Origin: Candidatus Omnitrophota bacterium
GTDB lineage: Bacteria > Omnitrophota > Gorgyraeia > JAZDFF01
Length of the DNA: 64,000 bases
Assembly (NCBI GenBank): GCA_043808095.1
Contig: JAZDFF010000011.1
Coordinates: 48,030 to 112,029 of the forward strand
Reading direction: 5' to 3'
In this document: in pieces, positions 8,256-16,830 of the stretch
Position numbering within the stretch: the first letter of the stretch is position 1
Layout: each line of letters begins with the position of its first letter
Translations under genes and position numbers: made by a program
The notes under the pieces: model-generated
Told to the model about the DNA's origin: nothing
Database searches by the model: none
What the model saw: the letters and a program-made list of their open reading frames with translations, nothing else

Positions 8256-8732
8256 CTAAATAGATGCTCTTAAATCCAACAACTGCTTTAAGTGGCTTTG
8301 TTCTTGAGCAACCAAATTATCTATTGCCTTATGATCGCTTATTGGAACCACCTTCTTCATCCCCTCATAAAAAACAACTGAGTCCTTTTCAAACTTTATG
8401 CCGATGTCTACAGCTTCTTTATCGCCTTTAATTTTTTGCGCGATTTCGTTTCCTTTATTTTCCTGGGTAAACACATATTCTACGGCCAAAGCGCTCATAT
8501 AAGCCAGGTATTCTCCAGGATAAGATTCTGGCGGCTCATATCTGCCTACCGACTCCAGCATCTCTTGAAAGACAATAATGTGTTTTTCTTCCTCGCCTTT
8601 AAGAAATACAAAGACTTTCTTTATCCTGGGATCCCGGGTTTGACCTGCTATGGTGTTATAAAAATCCCTGCCATTTTTCTCAATCTGAATTCCCAACTCC
8701 ACTATCTCGCTACCTGAAAAAATATTGGCCAT
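8256..8732 (-). CDS. rubrerythrin-family (erythrin-like) ferritin-fold protein without a rubredoxin domain
   Basis: 158 aa with two E..E/ExxH di-iron motifs (EEKHI, EQSHL). Confidence 0.6.
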   Translation of the reverse strand: MANIFSGSEIVELGIQIEKNGRDFYNTIAGQTRDPRIKKVFVFLKGEEEKHIIVFQEMLESVGRYEPPESYPGEYLAYMSALAVEYVFTQENKGNEIAQKIKGDKEAVDIGIKFEKDSVVFYEGMKKVVPISDHKAIDNLVAQEQSHLKQLLDLRASI

Positions 8733-8734
8733 AA

Positions 8735-9205
8735 TTATCCTCCTGCCTTTATTCTATGCGGTGTAAGATCGACTAATTCTTTCACCTCCATGACAATCAT
8801 ATATTGCGGCTTTGGTAAAAGCGCCTCGGGATGCCTGGGATGGCCTTTCTCGCCGCGAAGATTCTTGATTATCCTCTGCGAAATTCTACCGGTTATCTTT
8901 TCATCCCAGGTTTTGATAATTTCAGGACTAAACTCATCCTCCTTGATAATCTTGCCCCTACCCTTCAGGCAATAGCCTTTAAATTTATGTTCATCTACCG
9001 CCGTAATACTCATTTGAGGATTGTATTTTAAATTATCAAACGTCTTGCCCTGATAAAGATCGAGTAAATAAACAAATCCTTCGGGTTCTATCTTTACCAA
9101 TCCCTTACAGGCCTCATGCGGCATTCTGTCTCTACCAATAGTAGAAACAATGACGAAATTCTGATTAGAAAAGAAATTTATTATCTCTTCTGTCAGTTTT
9201 TTCAT
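8735..9205 (-). CDS. pyridoxamine-5'-phosphate-oxidase-fold (FMN-binding split barrel) protein
   Basis: 156 aa with the PNPOx-like pattern ...FVIVSTIGRDRMPH... Confidence 0.5.
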   Translation of the reverse strand: MKKLTEEIINFFSNQNFVIVSTIGRDRMPHEACKGLVKIEPEGFVYLLDLYQGKTFDNLKYNPQMSITAVDEHKFKGYCLKGRGKIIKEDEFSPEIIKTWDEKITGRISQRIIKNLRGEKGHPRHPEALLPKPQYMIVMEVKELVDLTPHRIKAGG

Positions 9206-9281
9206 TAAGAGAATCTGACTCCCTGCAACTAAATATTTGCCTCGGCTATCCAGCGGCCGTGGACATTACAGTCCTCAATGA

Positions 9282-9725
9282 CTATAAGCCTGCCTCGCTA
9301 ATCCAGGCACCGTGCAGATTACAGAGCTCTATTACGCTAAGTTTGCCACTTGAAACCTTAAGGTGGAGCGCAGCTGCTGGATTGAGCTTATCAGGAGTTA
9401 AGATTACCCTAGAAATAAACTCATTGTCTATATAAAAGTCGATGTGAATAATATAGTGCTTGGCTTCCATAGGGTGTTGAATCTGGCCAATTTTTACATG
9501 CACATCTTGACAATCCTCGGGGATTAAACTACATTTTTTTACAACAGTAATAATCGGCAGGTGCTTTTTCTCTAACTCGGTTAGATTATTTACATCCTGG
9601 GCAGTCTTTATAGCATCCCCTCTTTCTTCAAAAGCCGTCTTAGGTGCACCACACACAGGACATCTCTCTGGTGCACTACCATTTATAGATATAAACCCGC
9701 AAACCTTACATACATATCCTTTCAT
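9282..9725 (-). CDS. superoxide reductase (desulfoferrodoxin/neelaredoxin family) with an N-terminal rubredoxin-like Cys4 knuckle
   Basis: CKVCGF...CPVCG is followed by the EKKHLP (E-K-HVP) motif, an H..H..H.C..H ligand set and LCNLHG. Confidence 0.7.
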   Translation of the reverse strand: MKGYVCKVCGFISINGSAPERCPVCGAPKTAFEERGDAIKTAQDVNNLTELEKKHLPIITVVKKCSLIPEDCQDVHVKIGQIQHPMEAKHYIIHIDFYIDNEFISRVILTPDKLNPAAALHLKVSSGKLSVIELCNLHGAWISEAGL

Positions 9726-9744
9726 AGCATTAGCCCCCTTTCAT

Positions 9745-10311
9745 TTAACCAGAAACGATTGCTTGCCCTGAATCATAAGCCTTTTTTAAAACCTCTGGTT
9801 GTTTTAGTATACTTTCCTTTCCATCAATGCCTGTACAGAAAAGCTCACCCTTATAGTCTGCATCAATTGTAGCAAAGAAATTTTTAACGATCGATTTGGC
9901 ATTTTCAAAGAAATCTTTCCTCTTAGAGCCTTCTACGGAAAAAAAATAACCTTTCTTGCTTTTTTTAAATATATCCTTCCCCAATATATACTTTGCCCTC
10001 CAGATACACTGAAAACGATCTATCATCATTTTTGTCTGGGCAGTTATGCTCCCAAAAAATATAGGGGATGCCAGGACAATAACATCTGCAGCTTCAATTT
10101 TTTTATAGAGAAGCTGCATATCATCTTCTACTATGCAGGTGCCATCATCCCGTAGTTCGTCGCACTCCAAGCAAGGAGAAAATTTAAGTCTGGCTAATTC
10201 TACCTTTTCTGTTTTGGCTCCTTTTTCTTTAGCTGCCTCTAGTACCTTGCTAAGCAAGATATCGGTATTACCGCCTATCCTGGGGCTACCCATTATGCCT
10301 AAAATATTCAT
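9745..10311 (-). CDS. NAD(P)H-dependent FMN reductase / iron-sulfur-flavoprotein-like (flavodoxin fold)
   Basis: 188 aa. MNILGIMGSPRIGGNT is a flavodoxin-like start, and a CLEC...C cysteine cluster is present. Confidence 0.55.
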   Translation of the reverse strand: MNILGIMGSPRIGGNTDILLSKVLEAAKEKGAKTEKVELARLKFSPCLECDELRDDGTCIVEDDMQLLYKKIEAADVIVLASPIFFGSITAQTKMMIDRFQCIWRAKYILGKDIFKKSKKGYFFSVEGSKRKDFFENAKSIVKNFFATIDADYKGELFCTGIDGKESILKQPEVLKKAYDSGQAIVSG

Positions 10312-10331
10312 GGCTAAGCGCCTAGTTTATC

Positions 10332-10907
10332 TTAATAATTTTCGCAAAGGAGTTCATAATATGCTTGGGGATGAGCACATGCAGGACATTCTTCGGGAGC
10401 TTCTTTACCCTCATGCACATATCCACAATTGCGGCATTTCCATTTGACAACAGTATCCCTTTTGAACACCTTGCCTTCTTTTAAATTTTTAAGCAGCTTT
10501 CGGTATCTCTTCTCATGCTGCTCTTCTACTTCTGCTATTTCCTTAAATTGAACTGCCACTTCTTCGAAACCTTCTTGACGCGCAACCGCTTCAGCTTCTT
10601 TGTAAAGCTTTGTCCATTCAAGATTTTCTCCGGACGCAGCAGCTCCTAGATTCTGGGCTGTATTTCCAATAACGCCGGCTGGATAACTCGCTACAATTTC
10701 CACCTCCCCACCCTCTAAGAATTTAAAGAATCTCTTAGCATGCTCTTTTTCATTATCAGCAGTCTCTAAGAATATTCCGGCTATCTGCTCGTAACCTGCC
10801 TTTTTTGCCACAGAAGCAAAATAGGTATAGCGATTCCTTGCCTGTGACTCTCCTGCAAAAGAAGCCAATAAATTCTTCTCCGTCTTTGTTCCCTTTATGG
10901 TCTTCAT
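10332..10907 (-). CDS. rbr: rubrerythrin (ferritin-like diiron domain plus C-terminal rubredoxin domain)
   Basis: The ORF track extends to 11015, but the real start is MKTIKG... at 10907, preceded by GAGGGAGGG. The C-terminal motif is CRNCGY...CPAC. Confidence 0.85.
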   Translation of the reverse strand: MKTIKGTKTEKNLLASFAGESQARNRYTYFASVAKKAGYEQIAGIFLETADNEKEHAKRFFKFLEGGEVEIVASYPAGVIGNTAQNLGAAASGENLEWTKLYKEAEAVARQEGFEEVAVQFKEIAEVEEQHEKRYRKLLKNLKEGKVFKRDTVVKWKCRNCGYVHEGKEAPEECPACAHPQAYYELLCENY

Positions 10908-11060
10908 ATCTAACCCTCCCTCAATGAGCCCGCCATTGATGCAGTGGCGGGCGATTTGATCCCGCCCTTTTGGATATATAAAGATTGGGGTTAACAAACC
11001 AAAAGGGCGGGACAAATTCGGACAGCAATTTACGTTCGCTTCGCTTCGTAAATTGCGTCT

Positions 11061-11222
11061 TCATATTATCTTCTCAAACATATCCTTGCTCACACCGCAT
11101 TCAGGACAGACCCAGGTATCCGGCAAATCACTAAAGGCTGTCCCCGCGTTTATGCCATTGTCCGGGTCACCAACCGCAGGGTCATAGATATAACCGCAAA
11201 CTGTGCAACGATATTTTTCCAT
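11061..11222 (-). CDS. rubredoxin (53 aa; below the ORF-track size cut-off)
   Basis: Hand translation gives [53 protein letters not shown], a classic CxxCG...CPxCG rubredoxin. Confidence 0.85.
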   Translation of the reverse strand: MEKYRCTVCGYIYDPAVGDPDNGINAGTAFSDLPDTWVCPECGVSKDMFEKII

Positions 11223-11389
11223 TGCCTTAACTCTCCTTATTTACGCCTATCTCTTTTTCTTCTTTGCCTTTTTCTTTGGTTTTTTTACTCCGCAGCCACA
11301 GCATCCCATCTCTACACCTCCTCAAATGACCCCCTGCTGTTTCGTTTTGTTTCGCTTGCTTCACAAAACGGAACAAAACGACAGGGGGG

Positions 11390-11640
11390 AATTTGATCCC
11401 GACGTATCGTCGGGGTAAGTGGTTCAACTTCGCTCTGGTTCGACTTTGCTCTGGTTCGACTTTGCTCACCATTCGCCCTGAGCAAGCTCGCCAGAGGCGA
11501 GCGCGTCGAAGGGCTCACCATCCTTCGAATGCATTCGACTACACTCAACATTCGTCCTGAGCTTGTCGAAGGACGAACCATCCTGAGCGCAGTCGAAGGA
11601 TTCGGCCTAATCCCGACGTATCGTCGGGATGGCCTCACTT
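11390..11640. repeat. composite MITE-like element bounded by identical 20-nt palindromes (ATCCCGACGTATCGTCGGG), carrying GTCGAAGG/CCTGAGC repeats
   Basis: The terminal hairpins lie at 11396-11415 and 11610-11630. The interior has duplicated ctctggttcgactttgct and an ~75-nt block whose reverse complement recurs at 31880-31955. The right terminal hairpin encodes the last 7 aa of FprA. Confidence 0.65.
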
Positions 11641-12812
11641 ATCTTCTGGGCAAAATCCTTTCCAAATTCATAACAGCGCTTTAGCTCAACATCATCCGGA
11701 ACATATTTAAAGCTTAATCCGGACTGAGCTAATTCTATTCCCGACTCTTTAAAAATATCCTCGATTTCCTTAACAGCACCACCTGACCAGCCGTAAGAAC
11801 CGAAGGCAGCTGCAATTCTTTTCTGCGGACGCAGGCCCTTTAAAAATTCCAGGAACCCGGCAATAGAGGTGAGCATATCATTATCATGTGTCGATGAGCC
11901 GATGACAAAGCCTTTGGCATCCAACATCTCTTTGATTACCTCAGTGCGATCAGACGTGGCGATGTCAAAAAGTTTTACATCCAATCCCGCAGCTATAATG
12001 CCCTCGGCTATGTATCTAGCCATCTTTTCGGTTGCGCCCCACATCGTCTCATAGACAATTACGGCTTTGGGCTTAGTCTCATTCTTTGCCCACGATACAT
12101 ATGCATTTACAATCTTGGCCGGGTCTTTGCGCCAGATAATCCCGTGGCTGGGTGCGATCATCTTAATAGGGATATTCATCTTCTGCACTTCTTCGATCTT
12201 TTTTAAGACCAGGCTGCTTAACGGCCAAAGGATATTACCATAATATTTTGCCGCCTCATCCATCAGCGCAGCAGAATCTACCTCATCGTCAAATCTCTGG
12301 GAGGTAGCAAAATGCTGGCCAAAGGCGTCATTGGGCAAAAGAATCGCGTCTTCAACCAGATAACTAAACATACTATCCGGCCAATGCAACATAGGTGCCT
12401 CAAGAAAGGTTAAAGTCTTCTTACCTAATTTTAATTTGTCTTTGGTCTTTACAACTTGAAAATCCATATCTAAATAATAATGTTTAAATAAACCCTCTTT
12501 GCACTTTGCTGTGCCAAAGACCTTGGCCTTGGGACACAGTTTCAATATTGCCGGAAGCGCGCCTGAATGGTCTATCTCTACGTGGTTGGCAATGATATAG
12601 TCGATTTTTTCAGGTGCAATAATCTGTCTGATTCTTTCAATCATCTCTTCGGCAAAAGGTCCATAGACAGTATCCACCAAGGCAATCTTGTCATCTACTA
12701 TAAGATAGGCATTATAGGTGGTTCCTCTTTTTGTGGTATAGGTATGCCCATGGAAGTTCCTGACGTTCCAATCAATAGCGCCTACTCAATGAACCTGTTT
12801 ATAAATTTCCAT
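11607..12812 (-). CDS. flavodiiron protein (rubredoxin:oxygen/NO oxidoreductase, FprA) with an in-frame TGA at codon 9
   Basis: A metallo-beta-lactamase-like diiron domain (HVEIDH...) is followed by a flavodoxin domain. The ATG at 12810-12812 is preceded by GAAGGGG. TGA at 12786-12788 replaces the conserved Trp of the YWVGA motif. The ORF track therefore begins at a GTG at 12680. Confidence 0.7.
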
Positions 12813-12826
12813 AATTACCCCTTCTT

Positions 12827-13534
12827 TTAATAACCCGCAAAGTTTTCCGTAACAATCTTATCTTGAGATAAAACCAAATCATCAGTAAGAATTTTCTTCA
12901 TGGCCTCGACCATTAAAGGAGGGCCACAGATATAAAATCTTCTTTGATTATAATCCGGGATTTCTTCTTTGATAACCTGACTGTTAATCCGGCCGGTTCT
13001 GCCATGCCATTCGGACCCAGCTTCGGAGAGGATGTGTACAACCTTTAAATTCGGATAATCCTTCTGCATTATAGCAAAATCTTCCTTAAAGGCTATATCT
13101 TTAGTGGTGCGGTTGGCATAGATTAAAACTATATCTGTGCCAATTTTTTTATCCACTACGAACTTTATGATGCTCCTTATAGGGGTTATCCCAATGCCGC
13201 CAGAAAGAAAGGCTATCTTAGGATATTCGCCTACAAAGGTAAATGCGCCAAAGGGGTATTTTATCTTCAAGCTATCAGCGGGCTTTAATTTATCCAATAT
13301 CTTTGAATATTCACTTTCCGTCAGTTTTTTGGTAAACTCAATAAAGCCTTTTTCCGTGGGGGAATTTGATATGGAAAAATAATGGTTTAGTTCTTTTCCG
13401 TTTTCTTTGACGAATGCCTGGAGAAATTGACCGGGCTTAAAATCTATCTCTTCTGAAACTGCGAAGCGAAAGCTCTTTACGTTGTATGTGCGCTCAATCA
13501 CTTCTTTTATTTGTAGTTCTAATTCCTTTGGCAT
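12827..13534 (-). CDS. FAD/NAD(P)-binding oxidoreductase (ferredoxin-NADP+ reductase-like)
   Basis: 235 aa. An FNR-type beta-barrel (RFAVSEE...GQFL...HYFSISN) is followed by the NAD-binding GGIGITP motif. Confidence 0.65.
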   Translation of the reverse strand: MPKELELQIKEVIERTYNVKSFRFAVSEEIDFKPGQFLQAFVKENGKELNHYFSISNSPTEKGFIEFTKKLTESEYSKILDKLKPADSLKIKYPFGAFTFVGEYPKIAFLSGGIGITPIRSIIKFVVDKKIGTDIVLIYANRTTKDIAFKEDFAIMQKDYPNLKVVHILSEAGSEWHGRTGRINSQVIKEEIPDYNQRRFYICGPPLMVEAMKKILTDDLVLSQDKIVTENFAGY

Positions 13535-13553
13535 AATAGTCCTTTTATCTATT

Positions 13554-14297
13554 TTAATGGAAATATCCTGCTACAAGTTTGCCTAAGAAAAATCCAGTTG
13601 CGCAGGATAAAACACCAATCAACAAAGTTTCTAAACCGCTTAAAAGCCAGTGAATCTTAGTAATTCTAGACTTGATTGTTCCTAAAATAAAAAGGAAGGT
13701 CAAAACCGATATCGCAGAAACAACCAAAGACTCTCTTAAGCCATCAAAGAGAAAAAATGGCAGAATTGCCGGCAACGCTCCAACTAGAAATGAACCCGCA
13801 GAGATAAATCCGATCTCCAAAGGGTTATCAATTAATCCCGGGCTGATACCGATTTCCTCCTGGACCATGAATTTAAGCCAACACTCTTTGTTAGCGGTAA
13901 TACGCCTTACCGCGATTTCCTGTTCGTCTTTTGTAAAACCCATCTCGCCAAAGATTTCTCTTATCTCTTGGGTTTCTTTTTGCGGATCCTCTTCTATTTC
14001 TCTTATTTCCCGCTCAATCTGATTCTCGAAAAAATGCTTCTGGGCTTTTGTAGATATATAAGAACCGAAGAATATTGCCACCGCCCCGGCTACTATCTGG
14101 ATTAAACTAGCTAAAATTATCTTATTCTTTGCAATCAAAGAAACCGAAACACCCGCAATAAAAGAGACCGTTGTAACCAGGCCTGTATCAATGGCATAGA
14201 CCACGTCTCTGATAATCCTTCCCTTGGCGGTATGCCAGTTTTCGCCGTGCCAGTTTTTTAGTCTTTGTTCTAAGGGGCTTCTAATTAGTTGCGCCAT
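13554..14297 (-). CDS. VIT1/CCC1-family iron/manganese transporter
   Basis: The VIT-family topology is present: cytoplasmic helical segments between TM helices, with conserved E/D-rich loops. The start at 14297 has a GAGGGGG SD, whereas the ORF-track M at 14336 lacks one. Confidence 0.6.
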   Translation of the reverse strand: MAQLIRSPLEQRLKNWHGENWHTAKGRIIRDVVYAIDTGLVTTVSFIAGVSVSLIAKNKIILASLIQIVAGAVAIFFGSYISTKAQKHFFENQIEREIREIEEDPQKETQEIREIFGEMGFTKDEQEIAVRRITANKECWLKFMVQEEIGISPGLIDNPLEIGFISAGSFLVGALPAILPFFLFDGLRESLVVSAISVLTFLFILGTIKSRITKIHWLLSGLETLLIGVLSCATGFFLGKLVAGYFH

Positions 14298-14310
14298 AGC
14301 TAACCCCCTC

Positions 14311-14547
14311 CTATATGGCAATAACCTCTTTAACACTTGGCACTTCTTGTTTAATCAATTTCTCAATGCCCATCTTCAGAGTCATTGAACTCATCGGACA
14401 ACAGCCGCAGGCACCGGTAAGTTTTACCTTTACCGTCCCGTCATCTGTTACCTCAACAAGCTGGACATCCCCGCCATCAGCCGCAAGCATGGGCCTGATC
14501 TTATTTAAGGCTGCCTCTACTTTTTCTTTCATGTTTTCCTCCTTCAA
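14311..14547 (-). CDS. NifU-like (Nfu C-terminal domain) Fe-S cluster protein
   Basis: 78 aa: ...GGDVQLVEVTDDGTVKVKLTGACGCCPMSSMTLK... Confidence 0.8.
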   Translation of the reverse strand: MKEENMKEKVEAALNKIRPMLAADGGDVQLVEVTDDGTVKVKLTGACGCCPMSSMTLKMGIEKLIKQEVPSVKEVIAI

Positions 14548-14640
14548 TGAGTAGACAACTTACGGAGTTCGAAGAACGACGTAAGTTGTAGGACGAAGTC
14601 CGTCTGCGAATTCCTGCCTGCCGGCAGGCAGGGAACCCAG
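14548..14640 (-). promoter_or_regulatory. conserved structured 5' leader element, copy B
   Basis: + strand reads ctccttcaatgagtagacaacttacggagttcgaagaacgacgtaagttgtagg...ccgtctgcgaatt...gcctgccggcaggc. Confidence 0.55.
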
Positions 14641-14794
14641 CACTTATTTTTGTAACTGGGCTTGGGTTCTAAATTTAACTTTAAATTCGAATTAAACTTC
14701 TTTAATTTTAACCTAGCAAATTTTCAAAAATAAGTGCTGGGTAAATTCGGTCATAAAACTTACGTTTACTTCGTTCCGTAAGTTTTGACCTCAT

Positions 14795-15346
14795 TTAAAT
14801 ATGATGCGCTACAAACTCCGCCAAAATGACGATATCTTCGGTGCAAAAAATATCCTTGATGCTTTTATCAAAAAGGATGTTGGCTTCAGGCCCGAATTCC
14901 GCATCGGCCCTATATAAGGTAATCAAAACCGCAACTCCCTCAAAGACATCTAAAACCACGCTAACATCGGCCAGTTGGACTCTCTTAGCAGAAAAACGCT
15001 CGGTTAATTCTAAGAGTCCGTCAATATTTGATCCGTATTTCTTTAATATCGGCTCGATTACCCTTTGTCGAAAAGCGGGATAATAGCCCTGCCCACCTTC
15101 TAATTGTTTAAAAGAAATCCACTCGCCCTGGACCTGGGGTAATCCTTTGAGCTTACGAGCCAGATAATGCAGTATAAGAATACTTAAATAGGTCTTTGCC
15201 GGGATATTGCAGGATAAAGAGAGGGCCTCTCTTTTTTCTAAATCGACGGTGTATTCGTCAGTCAAAAATTTAACCGCATAAATTTTTTCTTCTGCAATCC
15301 CTGCTAAATCTTCCCAGGCACCGGAAAGCGCAACTTCATAAGCCAT
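14795..15346 (-). CDS. hypothetical protein (possibly DUF3786-like)
   Basis: 183 aa, soluble. No motif could be assigned securely. Confidence 0.3.
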   Translation of the reverse strand: MAYEVALSGAWEDLAGIAEEKIYAVKFLTDEYTVDLEKREALSLSCNIPAKTYLSILILHYLARKLKGLPQVQGEWISFKQLEGGQGYYPAFRQRVIEPILKKYGSNIDGLLELTERFSAKRVQLADVSVVLDVFEGVAVLITLYRADAEFGPEANILFDKSIKDIFCTEDIVILAEFVAHHI

Positions 15347-15360
15347 GTTTAGACAATTCT

Positions 15361-15597
15361 TTATTTAGATTTTTCCAGCAGGGTTTTCAGATCTTCCGCG
15401 GGGGAAGTGATTAGTTTTAGATCAAACTTCTCTTTAAGGATATTAAATACATTCGTAGATATAAAGGCCGGAGGCGTAGGACCTACATACATGCCTTTTA
15501 TATTAAGATACAACAAAGTAAGCAATATTGCAACTGCTTTTTGCACCAACCAGAATAGTACCAAACTTAAAAAGCAGGCTATTTTAATTGCTTCCAT
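15361..15597 (-). CDS. small membrane protein
   Basis: 78 aa with two hydrophobic helices. It overlaps the upstream gene by 19 nt. Confidence 0.4.
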   Translation of the reverse strand: MEAIKIACFLSLVLFWLVQKAVAILLTLLYLNIKGMYVGPTPPAFISTNVFNILKEKFDLKLITSPAEDLKTLLEKSK

Positions 15598-15800
15598 CTA
15601 TCCTCACCAACGCACTCTCGGGCGTATCTGCACCAATCAACACAAGAAGGCAGTCTTTCTCTACAGACCAAATTCTTACATTTCGGGCATTTGATTTTCA
15701 CCTCATCAGAGAAAATCTCTACCCTATATCCGCAATCCGGACATTTGATTATCTCGACTCTAACATTTCTGCTATCCTGACCAGGACATTTGTTAATCAT
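15579..15800 (-). CDS. Cys-rich zinc-ribbon protein
   Basis: 73 aa with repeated CxxC pairs (CPDCG, CPKCK, C..C). Confidence 0.45.
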   Translation of the reverse strand: MINKCPGQDSRNVRVEIIKCPDCGYRVEIFSDEVKIKCPKCKNLVCRERLPSCVDWCRYARECVGEDRWKQLK

Positions 15801-15888
15801 CTTAATTTTTCTCCAATCTTAATAAACAGCCCTTCGCCAAATTCCGCCTCGGGCTGTTGATCAAGGGCGAAACGTTTTTTGTAAAGCC

Positions 15889-16284
15889 CTATAATAAAGA
15901 CCCTACGCTGATACTTCGCAATTCCCTAACCACATATTTTTCGATTTTATTTATTTTTCTTCTTAAGGCGCAGGTTCTGGTATTAGGGCAAACAATCTTT
16001 TTTAGGAAACACTCGTTTAATTTAAACGGCCCCTGGAATATCTCTAATAAATCCATGATTAAAATTTTGTCGGCTGGGATATTAAGCGAAAACCCACCGC
16101 CTAATCCTTTATACGATTCAAGAACGCCTTTCTTATTTAGTACCTGAAGGATCTTTCTCAAAAACGGATTAGGTATTTTAAGGGCCTTGACTAATTGCCT
16201 GACCGAAACGACTTTATTTTTTGACTTGGCAAGATAGCAAAGAGCCCTGATTGCATAATCGGTATCTCTGGTTATTAATTTCAC
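15889..16284 (-). CDS. Rrf2-family transcriptional regulator (IscR-like, three Cys ligands)
   Basis: The N-terminus is a wHTH. KGLGGGFSL matches the Rrf2 hallmark, and CPNTRTC supplies cluster ligands. Confidence 0.8.
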   Translation of the reverse strand: MKLITRDTDYAIRALCYLAKSKNKVVSVRQLVKALKIPNPFLRKILQVLNKKGVLESYKGLGGGFSLNIPADKILIMDLLEIFQGPFKLNECFLKKIVCPNTRTCALRRKINKIEKYVVRELRSISVGSLL

Positions 16285-16424
16285 CCCGCCCTCCTCAACA
16301 AGATTATAACAATGGGCAGTTTATTGTCGTACCCAGGACTACATACCGCAACCCTCCCTACAATGCGCAATCGGTCGCAGCATATATTTAACGGTTATAT
16401 TCATATTATCACGTCCTTTCTTTC

Positions 16425-16447
16425 ATTAAAATGATACCACAATAGTA
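16425..16447. promoter_or_regulatory. perfect palindrome AATGATAC-N7-GTATCATT; candidate Rrf2 operator
   Basis: It lies ~140 nt upstream of the Rrf2 start. The half-site ATGATACCAC recurs at 19289-19299, just upstream of the ArsB/NhaD gene. Confidence 0.3.
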
Positions 16448-16830
16448 TCATTATGTCAAGTAAAATTTGCCAACTGGCGTTTAAATTTTGCTTGATGCCG
16501 CAAAGGCTTTTGCGGCCAAGGAAAATAATAACTATTGCTTATTTTTGCTTGATGCCGAAAATACTTTTTCGGCCAAGCAAAAACTACCAACTGGCATTTA
16601 AATTTTGTCCCGAATGTAGCCGTTCTTCTGCCGAATGTAGTATCTCTGTGAAGTATTACTTCGGCATCCCGAAGAAATTCTTAAGAAGTTTCTTCATTCG
16701 GGAGAAGTGTCACTTCGGGATCCCGACGAATTGCTAAATAAATTTACTTCATTCGGGGCTTGATGCTCCGCCTAAGGCGGACAGGCCTGCCTGCCGGAGT
16801 TTTAGCGAAGTAGGGCGCAAGGAAAGAAAA

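Noticed and set aside
12786-12788. Alternative genetic code (TGA=Trp or Gly) as the explanation for the fprA internal TGA
   Set aside because: TGA terminates other genes in the window, for example the rubredoxin, kdpF and arsenic-operon genes. Trp is consistently TGG. No other conserved position shows TGA.
16440-16800. CRISPR-like array suggested by short direct repeats and hairpins
   Set aside because: The repeats are irregular in length and spacing, individually palindromic and lack uniform spacers. No cas genes are nearby.
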